Shown one piece after another: positions 25,262 to 38,900 of a DNA stretch of 64,000 nt (position 1 is the stretch's first letter; each line of letters begins with the position of its first letter). The notes below the pieces were generated by a model that saw only the letters and a program-made list of their open reading frames with translations, had not been told where the DNA came from and did not search any database. The position numbers were made by a program, and so were the translations under genes. Origin of the DNA: Bugula neritina (taxonomy: Eukaryota > Animalia > Bryozoa); assembly GCA_964035545.1 (NCBI GenBank), contig OZ037770.1, forward strand, positions 13,320,642 through 13,384,641, in the 5' to 3' direction.

Positions 25262-27199
25262 CCTACAACCTCTACATCTACACTCTACATCTACACAGAG
25301 AGCAGTGCATTCAGGCTGAATATATCATGCTGCGTGCTCTAAATTCTCCACAGAGATCTGTTAGAACAGCTGGCAGGATGAATGGCTGATGAACTTTATT
25401 ACTGTTGCATAATAGCACACTTTGTAACTTATATAAGTATATAATACCTCCTGGGTAATTGCTAATATGCCTTTAATGCTTCTATCTACTGTTTATTAAT
25501 TATAAACATTATCAAACGTAAGCTTGAATAATTCACTCACAGCGTGTTGGAAAGTGAGAACTAGTGGGCAAAGAGTGTTTACAAATTAATGTTATATACC
25601 TGGAGAGTAAAAGACAATAACTGCAGTGATTATAATTATCTTTACATGTAATTGAGATTTTGTGTTGTTTTAAAACTATAATATATTATAGCACCTTATA
25701 ATATATAATATGTTGTATATAATGTAACATATAATATATATAAAACATAATATGCAACCTAAATAAAATATATGGGATGGTGATACAATAAATATTTATT
25801 TATTTTGATACAAATATAATACATAACAGGTATACATAGCATGATTGATATGTCAATTTGTGTCACTTTACTAAATTATTATATTTTTTGTAGTTATATA
25901 ATAATGAATTTTAATAGATTATTGATGATCTCTTCATAAAAGTCAGTTTAAAATAAAATATTGTAGAAAATTTCAACTTATATTGGCATAAACATGCTTT
26001 AGTAAGCACATAAATCAACACAGCTGCATACCATATTATTTTGCACCATATAAAAACTTCGGCTACAAAATTGCTATAGAAATAAGCCACATGATAAGCT
26101 ATCTAATTATATAACATTTTTATTCCTGCAATGATATGATGTAACAGCTTATTAAATTAATTAAGAAAGTATAATTATATTAACTGTAGAAAAACAACTG
26201 ACAGCTGGCAGCCACCTGTAGCACCTGCGCAACCTGCCACTGTTCAAATGTTCAAAGTCGTGTGCAGGTGATTTATTGTATTGCATCTCAAAACACAAAA
26301 TTGCTATAAACAATAATTTGCTTTAAAGCAGAATTATGTCTTGTAGCAATTTCACAGGAGCTGTAAAAGATAAAATATTTGAAAGATCTAACATTCTAAA
26401 GACCGAATATAGTAGTGTTTAAACTTTTCATGTTATGCAATATTTTTGTCAATAAATGCTGTATGAAAAGTAGAGCAAGCACCAGTCAAAGTTTTGATCT
26501 TCATCTAAATTCGTGTCAATGCCTAGAGTTATTGCACACAATTCAGTCTTAAAAGCAAGCTACTATTTTTTGGTCATATAAACTGGCCAAATCACTGATC
26601 TATTAATACTAGCAAGTATGCTAATTTAATAGGACATCATTAGTCTAGGTTAATAAAATAATAGTACAGAGTAATTAGTATTTTAGTTCTCAGCAGTCAA
26701 ATATTCTTGTGCAGCATTTCTCTATATTAAAAGGTTAAACAAGCCTTAAAGGTTAAAGAATTAAGCAGTCTGCAGCTAGGAAGCAAAGTTCAGTGTACAT
26801 TGGATAAAGAAGGTAAATACAGTATAATTTTAGCCCTAGTTATCACAGTTTCAACTATTTAACGCACCTATATGTAGAATATTACATTGATAAAAGCTAA
26901 CTAATCAGATATGCACCCGTAAAAGTGTCATAGTTTGCTAATGTTTGCATGAAATTGTTACAAATGAACACTTCTAAAGAAAATGTTTACCTATAATTAA
27001 TAGATCTCCATAACTTAGCAGCAAATTTCAGCAATTTTTATAAGAGAATAAAAATATTAATTCTGGTTTTTAGTTAAATTTTACTGCGATATTTTTGTGT
27101 AATTACTCTTATTATGAAATGTTTGATTACAAAAAAGTTATGCATGTAATTTATATTGTATGTGTTATTAAACTGCAGTTTTGTATAGGAGTTGTTCTT

Positions 27200-27420
27200 A
27201 CAATGTTTTCAGCTGGCGCTAAACTTGACCTTTCCACTAGTACTAATTCTCGCGGGCGAAAATTAAACTAAAGCTAGTCTAATCGGTCTTAACAAAAACC
27301 GCACAATCATTTGTTATTCACGATACATAAACGGAAGAAAGCTCAATTAAAAAGAACAGTTTGATGATTGGTTTATTATCAAGACAAACCCCCAGGTGAA
27401 CTTTCTCATAGCGCAGAGTT
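27200..27420. promoter_or_regulatory. Putative bidirectional promoter between the FBXL gene (-) and the centrosomin-like gene (+)
   Basis: CpG cluster, E2F-like gcgggcgaaa (~27252-27261), ETS-like acggaag (27331), gattgg (~27365). Divergent donor sites at ~27228 (minus) and ~27396 (plus). Confidence 0.45.
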
Positions 27421-28634
27421 TTTAAATTGGTTAATACTACTACTAGTAGTAATAGTAATACCAATACTAATACTAATAGTAATTTACTATTCGTCAAAAT
27501 AATTGCAACCTCTTTTCATTGTCATAGATGTTTAAAGTTACTGTTGGTTAATCAAATAACTTTTTGGCTACCGATAGCCTTAAATGATGAAACTAAATTA
27601 CACGCTTTCAGTTTCATGCTGATACTCATAGTCATACTGATAGTGATACTCATAGTCATAGTCATACTGATACTCATAGTCATAGTAATAGTCATAGTAA
27701 TAGTCATACTGGGTGATGTTCATATTGATATTTGATTATCATTATTTCATTATATTTATTTCAAATTTGATATTGAATTTTGACTATTCTGATTTTCTAT
27801 CAGTATCACTATGGCTATGAAGTATGAGTAGTATGACAAGTAAGATCACTAACAGTAACGGTAACACTAACTTAGTCAACCTTGTGTAAGACTAAGTTTA
27901 ACATTTTAACTTTACAGTTTAGAGTTTAGCGTTTACTGTTCTGTTGCACTCAAACACTAACCACTACCATTACCAGTAACACTAACTCACAACTGTAAGT
28001 GCAACCATACTCGTACTGAAGTGAGAGTGAGACTGATGTAGTCCTGTACTGATACATAAATACATTAAGTGTATCATACTGATTTCTCACCTCTGCAGCC
28101 ACTATGACTATTATTATATTTTATTGCCAGCAACATGATTCACTTCATTCTGGATATAATTTTTACTAATAGTTATAGTTAGAATAAAAATGACTTAAAT
28201 CTAAAACTAGTTTATGTAGGATTAGTTTGAAGGTGAGGTTTGGGGTTTCAAATGTTACTATATTTTGTTTACTTCGGTCAAACTAAAGAGGAACTTGTCA
28301 ATTTTCAATGTATTTTTTACTTAATCAAGCATTTTGTACCTCTAGCACTCTTAAGGTATATGGCACTGCTATAAATTGCTTAATTTAGTCACTAAAGCAG
28401 CATTCTGTTACCTGCTAGCGTCAATAGAACAAAAAAGTTTATAATAGTTGAATTTACTTTTCTTCTACAGTGGGATACTTACTTTAGTTGTGCAGACTAC
28501 AAATATAGTCTTAGATACCTGCTTTAGAGCTCTAATAAAGTATTATTAAATTGTTGGTACAGGTTTATACAAACCCGTGAGTACTTTTGGGAGCCACTTA
28601 TTGGTGCAAATAGAGAGAGTGATGAGTGGATCTC

Positions 28635-31600
28635 ATGGCAAGTCTAGAGGATGTTGAAGAAACTCTGAACTTACACGGCAGGTCAGTAGAGATCAAGAGT
28701 AGAGATCAAGGGACATCTTCATTTAGTTATGCACAAATATTTTAGTGGGAAAATACTGTTTCATCGGTATTTGCTGCTAAACTTAATCAGTAAGCTCGGT
28801 GAGCCCCTGTCTTTACTGAATAAGTTCTGTGTGTTGGTCAATGAAGGAATTAAATTGTGGAGATTTATTCTTAGCCATTCTTTGGTGCTATATAATCTTA
28901 CTGAGTAAAATTGATTGCTGAAAATGTTTCTGGTAATTTCAAAACCAGACTACAGTTGCAACATTTTTGTTGGAGAAAATAACTGTTGTGTGACTTAGAG
29001 CTTGGAAAGTGAAAATCTACAGCATGTATTGCTTTAGTCTTTTACATAAATTCCATCCCATAAGGCATAGAACATGAATTGGAATGATTGAAGAAAGTTA
29101 AAATAATTGCTAAACATATTTTGCTACCAGCTACAATGTGCGAGAAATTAACCGCTCTGTTGTGTTGTTTGGTGAAAATTTTAGTTTGTGATGCTTTCTT
29201 CTGATGTGTAGAAGTTTTCCTACCGTTGTATCAGCTGAAATTCATGTGATTTTAGTGTTAATATTACTATTGCAAATCACTGGTGAATGACATCTCATTA
29301 ATTGGAGTTGTCAACACATGTGCCCATGTCTGACTATCTACATTGATAGATGACTGAATATGTTTTAGTAACAAGCGGGCAATTCTAATGTTTATAGCTC
29401 TGCTCAAATTAGGAAACTATTATGGGGTTGTCTTACTTCATTAAAATATTATGGTTTTCAAAGATTAATTTCCTTATGTTATCAGTATGGCATGACTGAG
29501 CTATTTAGTCTGTTAGAGTTGTTTTCTCTTGATATTTATAGTTTGTGACAATGAATTAACCATATTATACTGCAAATAGTTTAATTTTAGAGATTGCTGC
29601 TTGAATTATGCATAAAATCTGAGAAAAGATAAATCTTCGTTCAATTTTTATCAGATCTACATTCTACACTATATTTATGTCTTTATATAAAATTTTTGCA
29701 TAGACTAGTTATATCAAAAAGTATGTTAACTCTGAGATAGATGCAGTAATGAAGAAATTGAGAAAAGCCTGTGTTCTAGATTAGAAATGTAGCATAAGAA
29801 GTTATGTTCGCGCAAAATTTCAACCCGTGCCCCAAACCAAAATTTAAATAATAAAATTAAAGAACTTAAGCTATCTCAATTTCTCCACTACTGCTTCTCA
29901 GTGTTAATTCTTTCATCTTTTACTATTTGTGGAGTTGGTACTAGTTTCATGTATGATGAAGTTGTGAGTTCACAGACAGGATGTGGTGATGAAATAGCAT
30001 ATTCATGTAGTACTCAGTTTCTATTATTGTCGGTGAATTTCCAACGACTGAGCTGCAAGTATGTGTTTTATTTGATGCAGTGTTGGTAAAATACACAAGG
30101 GATTTGTATGGGCTATTTGTATTGTGTAATTAGAAGGGAATGCACACGCTGCCTCAGTTCATATGAATAGGCAGCAGTAAGATTCTTGAGATTCTATTGA
30201 AATGAGTATACTGTACTCAGTGTTTATTCAACTATTGCTTTGGAGAAGGTGTGGATTGTAGAAGGTGACAACAAGAGCAAGTGTCTGCAAGTGTCAGCAA
30301 GTGTCAGCTTTTCAAAGTATAAGATTGTGAATTTAGTGAATTAATTATTGTGCTGCCGGTTGTGTCCGTGACATGGGTTAGCAAGATGTTCATTGCTCGT
30401 TAGGTAAGACTCCTTCTGTTTCTCTTCTCTCCATTGGTTGGTTTTATCTATGTGGATTATGTTGGTTCATTCAAGTGCAGTAATGGAGAAACTCGAACAG
30501 CCCAAGGTTTTTAATTGTCTAAGAATTTTGGTTTAGGGTGAAATTTCTAAGAAACGTAAAACGTTTATTTATAGAACGCAGTCTTTTCCTAATTATCCCT
30601 TACTGCCAGTATCTTAAATTCTTCACTTTCGAGTCAAACACCCAAGGGAAAGTTGTGTTTATGTATAGATACAGCTGTCCCCCCATTTTGTTGTATCTGT
30701 TACACTTTAAGACGGATATTTGAAGTATTATGGGTAGCTGGGGCTAGTTACGGTGTATATATTAGTTAGTAATGCATAGAATAGATATACAGAGTATATA
30801 TTAGTTAGTAATACATAGAATAGATGTACAGGTATATATTAGTTAGTAATACATAGAATAGATATACAGGTATATATTAGTTAGTAATACATAGAATAGA
30901 TATACTGGTATATATTAGTTAGTGAAACATAGAATAGATATACAGAGTATATATTAGTTAGTAATACATAGAATAGATATACAGGAAATCAACAATAGAT
31001 TTCTCATATAATCTAACAGTTGTGTATCCAACCAATATTAATTGCCACACAATACCCCATTGTCTTTTCTCTCACAGAAATATTGATATTCTCTCAGATC
31101 AATAGTGATACTAACCATGCTACAGTTTGTCATCATTTTCACAACTCATAGTCATTTTGCAGAGTTTAGCAAAGCGTAGAGTTTAGCAAACTGTAGAGTT
31201 TAGCAAACTGTAGAGTTTAGCAAACTGTAGAGTTTAGCAAACTGTAGAGTTTAGCAAACTGTAGAGTTTAGCAAACTGTAGAATTTAGCAAAGTGTAGAA
31301 TTTAGCAAAGTGTAAAGTTTAGCAAACTGTAGAGTTTAGCAAAGTGCAGAGTTTAGCAAAGTGCAGAGTTTAGCAAAGTGCAGAGTTTAGCAGAGTGCAG
31401 AGTTTAGCAGAGTGCAGAGTTTAGCAAAGTGCAGAGTTTAGCAAAGTGTAGAATTTAGCAGAGTGTAATATGTAGGGATGTGGATTCAAACATATCACTG
31501 TAAAATGTAGTGCTTGAGTGGGATTCATCTCTCCTTGCTGTACCGTATTAGTATTTGGTACGTCTAACTTTATTATGTATCTACACTATGCTGTGTTTGT

Positions 31601-34600
31601 AAGTGTACATATATTATTGTACATATATTAGTGTACATGTGTAAGTGTACATATACTAATACCGCAACACTTGAGCTGATAACTGATTGGTATATCCATT
31701 GCATGCAGACATACTCCTGACAGCAAAACACTTGAAACTCTTATGTGATTATAAAAAAGGATATTATTTCATTATCCCTTGAGGAGTTGTATGATTAGCA
31801 GTTAGTATATGTATTAGTGGTGATCTACAGTTAACATATGTATATTAGTGGTGATCTGCAGCTAGCATGTGTATTAGTGGTGATCTACAGCTAGTATGTA
31901 TATTAATGGTGATCTACAGTGGTCACAATCACTCTCAGTCTTTCTTTGAGTCTTGCACTGTGTCATGGCATTTCAACTCTGTTTTCAATACAAGTTTATA
32001 ATTTATTTAAATTGTGAGTTGAAGCTCTGTTCTAAATGTATTGTCGGTGGCAATGTACAGAGGTGCTGTGTTTGGTAAATTGTGGTAGGTACATTTTTGT
32101 GTAATGAAAATGATACATTCCACTTGTTTACACTCAGTTACTGTATCAACATTAAGTATTTGGTGGACTGTTAGTGTTACTGAAGTCATGGTAGCTACAA
32201 ATCTGTACAGACAAATATTTATATTAGTATGAGTTCTCAGTCACAGTCTGGACTTATCACTCCGGGTGCTGAAGCTATACTATATAATAAGTATAGATGT
32301 AGAAGTATTTGTGTTGCAGCATGGACCCGGCCCTTCTACCTGATATAACAACTACATATGAGCACATGCAGAGGTCTGATGGCTCAGTCGGCTGTGAGTA
32401 TTACCTACTATATACCTACTATATACCTACTCTATATACCTACTATATACCTACTCTATATACCTACTATATACCTATTATATACCTACTATATACCTGC
32501 TATATACCTACTCTATATACCTACTCTATATACCTACTCTATACCTATTATATACCTACTCTATATACCTATTATATGCCTACTATATACCTACTCTATA
32601 CCTACTCTATACCTATTATATACCTACTCTATATACCTACTCTATACCTATTATATACCTACTCTATATACCTATTATATGCCTACTATATACCTACTCT
32701 ATACCTACTCTATACCTATTATATACCTACTCTATATACCTACTCTATACCTACTCTATATACCTATTATATACCTACTCTATATACCTATTATATACCT
32801 ACTCTATATACCTACTCTATATACCTTCTTTGTATAGCTAATACAGCTCTTAACCTGCAATATGTCTATTCTACAAGTTTGTTTTTATACTGAAGTCAAC
32901 TACTTGGTGTTGGTATTCTTGGGTTAGTTGAGGAGTTGCCATGGTGACGATAAAACAGGAAGTTCATATTTTAGTTTTGTGAGTAGAACACTGCAGGGTG
33001 TGGGCTATGGCAGGTCTTCTAACTGCTGACTCTTCTATAATCCGATTGGTTGCTAGATGATGTTGTGTAGTTGGCAGCTGGCAGCTGGCAGCGTTGGCAA
33101 GGATTAGGCTCAGTCCATTTACTCTCCTTCTCCTTCCATTTGACATTCTCAATGCGGCAGCAATGGGCTATTTGATTGCATAACGGCAGCTGATTGTTGA
33201 GATGAATAGCTGGGACTCTGAATGCTCTGCCCAGTCAACTCTCCTCTATTATTACTTACAATAAAATACCTGCAATTACAATACTTTTCAAATAATTCAC
33301 TGATTGGAATTAAATTAATTTCTCATTCTGACTGCACCTGAGCTCATGCCAGGCTGCCCGGTCAAGCAGAAACTGTACTGCTAGTAGTTGGCAGCAGGCA
33401 GCAGGCTGTGCTCTGAGCATGCTCTATTGAGGTTCTCCCATTTCCTGTGGTTGTGTTAGGAACTGACCAGCTCTGGTTGTTTGTTTAAACTTCTCTTGTA
33501 GCGTATCATTAGCAGTTTTGTTGTGCGACTTTTTTGTATTTGAGATTGTAGAAAGAAATGGGGCTCAAGTTACAAAAGCTGGCCTTTTCACTCTAAGGCT
33601 TTGAATTCAATAATTACTTCACAGCGTTTGTTACTTTTAACTTTCCTGAGTACTCAAGCCCTTTCACTCACTCTAATAGGCTCGGCTTATATTCAGTATT
33701 TGTTTAACATAGAACATAGTTTGGGATTTGTTTTCTCTCTGATTGTTTTTAATTTCTTCTTTTATAAAACGAGTGCTGAGGCATGATTCTCTGTTCTGGT
33801 ATTTGGTAAAAGCTGGATTTTTATCAAGTTTCAGTATAACCGTGTTATTTCAGAGAATGCAAGGAAATGCAACTCCTGGCCTAGCTACACCATGCTGTGA
33901 AAGGCTGTGTGTGTGCCTACAACACTTTCATACAGAAGTTAGCATAGTAATTAGTTGCAGGCTGACGAACTACTAATTATATACCAATTTGGTTGGATAG
34001 TTTTTCTTGCTGCTATCATTTATGTAGCGTTGTCTGGATAGTTGGATGTTCATGTAGAAGGAGTTCCCCTTAGTCTAGGAAATCAGTCTTATAGTTAGCC
34101 CAATGAGCTTTTGATCCAAAGCTATGATTACCTGTCTATACTAAATTCTATTAGATTAGGCCTTAGGTCTTTTTTCTTGAAAATATCAGCATTTTGACAA
34201 ACATGAGGTGCTGTGAAGCTGCTGGACATTACATTTATCATGTTCTCTCCCTCCTTTGCTCTGGAGTACATGACTTCTTGTTATGACAATTTATTTGACA
34301 GTTGTATACAGTTTTTAAGTAAAAGCTTTTTCATTGTTTTATTTTCCAACAGCTGTTTTATTAAAAGCAATATTGGCATGCAAACATAGTTTTTGTTTTT
34401 GCGTGGTTTGTGGAATTTATTTGCAAATCTCGGTTTATATTTTGTTGTATAAGCCATAAGGTAATTTTACTTCTGTGTGACAAATTCAACATATGGATTT
34501 ATATTCTGTGGCTTTTGATGGGTCCTGGAGTTATGCTCTCCGTATCATTGTCTTGTATTACTCTTGCCATGTTGTTGTGATGTCACTGAATAAATGTCGT

Positions 34601-34962
34601 GTATTTGCAGTGGTGGAGAAAGCCAACAGTGGCCGGATGTCTCCCATCAGAAAGAGGTCTGTCAAGGATACCAAACAGGTAAGTCTTGTACGATATATGC
34701 AGCAGGTAGAAGTCTCATGTACATTACACACAGTTACTAAACTTAGCCTGTGCTCTGTCCCTGTAGCAAATAGAGACTCTTGAGAAGGAGAACTTTGACC
34801 TGAAGCTGAGGATCTACTTCCTAGAGAATCAGAAGGGGGTCAACAAGGATGACACCCTCAAAGTGAATATCGACCTGAGAGTTCAGCTACAGAGCATTCA
34901 CCAGGAGTTTCAGAGGAAGCAGGATACCTGGGAGCAGATGATGTGAGTAGTGATAGTTAGTG

Positions 34963-35004
<42 letters not shown>

Positions 35005-35168
35005 GTAGTAGCAGTAGCAGTAGTAGTAGCAGTAGCAGTAGTAGTAGTACTAGTAGTAGTAGTAGTGGTAGTAGTAGTAGTAATAGTAGTAGTAGCAGCA
35101 GTAGTAGTAGTAGTAGTAGCAGTAGCAGTAGCAGTAGTAGTAGCAGTAGCAGTAGCAGTAGTAGTAGC

Positions 35169-35217
<49 letters not shown>

Positions 35218-35279
35218 CTAGTAGTAGTAGTAATAGTAGTAGTAATAGTAATAGTAGTAGCAGTAGTAGTAGCAGTAGC

Positions 35280-35319
<40 letters not shown>

Positions 35320-35495
35320 CTAGTAGTAGTAGTAGTAGTAGTAATAGTAATAGTACTAGTAGTAGCAGTAGTAGTAGCAGTAGTAGTAGTAGTAGTGGTA
35401 GTGGTAGTAGTAGTAGTAGTAGTAGTAGTAGTACTAGTAGTACTAGTAGTAGTAGTAGTAGTAGTAGTAATAGTACTAGTAGTAGTAGCAGTAGC

Positions 35496-35526
<31 letters not shown>

Positions 35527-35751
35527 ATAGTAGTAGCAGTAGTAGTAGCAGTAGTAGTAGTACTAGTAGTAGTGGTAGTAGTAGTAGTAGTGGTAGTAGT
35601 AGTAGTAGTAGCAGTAGTAGTAGTAGCAGTTATAGCAGTTATAGTAGCAGTAGTAGTAGTAGTAGTGGTAGCAGTTATAGCAGTTATAGTAGCAGTAGTA
35701 GTGGTAGTAGTAGTAGTGGTAGTAGTAGTAGTAGTGGTAGTAGTAGTAATG

Positions 35752-35791
<40 letters not shown>

Positions 35792-35882
35792 CAGTGGTAG
35801 TAGTAGCAGTAGTAGTAGTAGTAGCAGTAGTAGTAGTAGAAGTAGTAGTAGTAGTAGTAGCAGTAGTAGTAGCAGTAGTAGC

Positions 35883-35962
<80 letters not shown>

Positions 35963-38900
35963 TAATAGTAGTAGTAGTAGTACTAGTAGTAGTAGTGAGT
36001 AGTAGTAGCAGTAGCAGCAGTAGCAGCGATAGTGGTGGCAGCGATAGTGGTAGTGTTGTAGTAGTAGTTTTATACAACTAATAGTATTGATAGTGATAGA
36101 TGTATAACAAAGTAGGTAACTATCTGATAGTCTGAGATCTAATTGACTGATTGTAGGACTGGTTATGAGAGCCACATTGAAGAACTAGAGCAGAGGCTAC
36201 AGACTGACCAGTCGGCTGATTTGGTGCGGGACTATGAGAACCTGAAGTTGAAACTCGCCACCACCGAGCTCAGGTATGCTGTGTGTAGCTCAGGTATGCT
36301 GTGTGTAGCTCAGGTATGCTGTGTGTAGCTCAGGTGTGTAGCTCAGGTGTGTACCCCAGGTGTGCTGTGTGTAGCTCAGGTGTGTAGCTCAGGTGTGCTG
36401 TGTGTAGCTCAGGTGTGGGGCTCAGGTGTGCTGGGTGTATTATTCTCAGCCTGGTGTTTTCTTACCTCCAGTCTCCAAGAGATGGAGCAGCTGCTGAACG
36501 ACAAGGCGTTTGAGAGTCAAGGTCAGCTTCAGTCAGCCACCCAGGAGATTGAGAAGTTGAAGGAGCAGCTCGCTGATCGGGAGAGGCAGCTGATCACGTC
36601 ACCCACCCAAGGTGAGTCTGTCTGACCCACCTAAGGTGTGTCAATTTAGCCGCCCAAGGTGGGCCACAATGTAGCCCACCTTAGGTGAGGCACTAGTGTG
36701 TGCGTTTATATATAAGTGGATAACCACCTCAGCTGTCAGTTACTATGACTATTGCTTTAAGTTAACATAAATAAGTTATCAATGATCTTTTCAAAAAGTT
36801 ATCTCATCTTCATCAGTACTCAATCCATGGAATACTGTTCAACATTAGTTCATACTTTGCCAACACATAATCTCAATAGTAGAGTTCATGATGTTTCAGA
36901 AGATTCTACAAGTGGTACGTTGCATCACACTTCCTGTTTATGCTGCCTTGTTATCCGTCAATATTCTGCATTTGTTATGATTTGCTATAAATGATTTGTG
37001 TTGCATGTTCCATTGTTATGCTGCCGAGTTGTAGTTTCTCTAAAATGGAATTATAATTTAGGTTATTCAAAGTTGTGTTCTCAATTTATTAATTTGGGGA
37101 AGTCAATTTCATTTGATTCGATGAAAATATACTGCTTTGCTTTTCCGTTCATCACAGACAGCCTTTCCCTAGTTTATCAATGTTTGGCCAAGTTTATTTT
37201 TAAGTAACTTGAGATTTTTTTCAGTTAGCATGTCCTCCCTTCATACTTTCTATATTGAGGCTGTTGCTTTGAAAATTCAAGTGAGGTGAAATGGGTTTTA
37301 TCTAAATTAATAACTTCGAATTGTGGGCTGTATATTCATATAGCCGCCTTCTTGTAGTACCATAAACTACTGTATCATACTACATTCTATCAGCTAACTA
37401 TCTACTCACTCTACTGTAGTATATATTAATACACACTATACTATACTCTACACACTATACTCTACACACTATACTATACTCTACACACTATACTATACTC
37501 TACACACTATACTATACTCTACACACTATACTATACTCTACACACTATACTATACTCTACACACTATACTATACTATACACACTATACTATACTACACTA
37601 TGCTATACTATACTATACTATACTATACTCTACACACTATACTATACTCTACACACTATACTATACTCTACACACTATACTATACTCTACACACTATACT
37701 ATACTCTACACACTATACTATACTCTACACACTATACTATACTCTACACACTATACTATACTCTACACACTATACTATACTCTACACACTATACTATACT
37801 CTACACTCTATACTATACTCTATTCACTATACTATACTCTACACACTATACTCTACACACTATACTATACTCTACACACTATACTATACTATACACACTA
37901 TACTATACTCTACACACTATACTATACTCTACACACTATACTATACTCTACACACTATACTATACTCTACACACTATACTATACTATACACACTATACTA
38001 TACTCTACACACTATACTATACTCTACACACTATACTATACTCTACACACTATACTATACTATACACACTATACTATACTCTACACACTATACTACACTA
38101 TACAACTATACTGTGGTATATATGTACAGAGGAACTACTGGAGCTGAAACACTCACTGAGTGAGAGAGAAAGTGCACTAGAAGATAAAGACCTTCTCCTC
38201 TCTACTTATTCTCAGCAAGTGAAAGATCTGGAAACTCAGGTGCGTTATTCCATTCCTACTGTAGAGTTGTCTTCTCTACTCACAATACTTTCACTATGAG
38301 ACACTTGACAACCTCATACAAGTTTATTGGTCACCATCTCTGTGGGAAAACTCCTGATGGAAAGGGTTTTTGTTAAATTGGGCTAAGGACTTATTCATAT
38401 GTGACACAGGAGCCATTATGACTGGATGCTCTTCCTAACATCACCAATGGCCTTTGTCGGGTTCGAACCCATGACTTCGTGCTTACTAGGCAAACACTCT
38501 AAAGCTAACTCCTAGACCACGGCTGTTCCCGTGACAGTTACAAGTTTTGTAACTGAATAAAATTTCAACATTGCGCATATTTCTAGTATTTTTTCTGTAA
38601 GTTCTGTCGCTGATGACTTCATTATGTCTTCTAAAACCAGTTCTGTTGCATGTTGTTGAGTTGTTGACCTCCAAGCTTGTATTTGCTCTCCGAACAGTTG
38701 AAGCAGGTGATAGCCAAGCTCTCAATGACCTCTAATGACCTGTCGGAGAAGGAGAAAGAGCTCAGTGCCAGGGACAGCGAGCTAAACGAGAAAGACCAGG
38801 AGTTGCACGCTGTCAAAGACGAGCTGACGCAGCGGGACTTCTCTCTGAGGAAGGCTCAAATAGACTTACAGGTACGCAGCTAATGCTAAGTGTAGGTTCG

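Noticed and set aside
30756-31468. Regular repeats as a possible CRISPR array
   Set aside because: Head-to-tail units with no unique spacers, no cas genes, eukaryotic context.
34887-36175. Poly-Thr/Ser/Val/Leu ORFs resembling a mucin
   Set aside because: Open in several frames because it is an (AGT)n microsatellite; the flanking exons splice across it in phase.
38440-38530. Possible tRNA gene (GGTTCGAACCC)
   Set aside because: No convincing cloverleaf, and it continues into a body shared with two other dispersed copies, so it is a SINE head.
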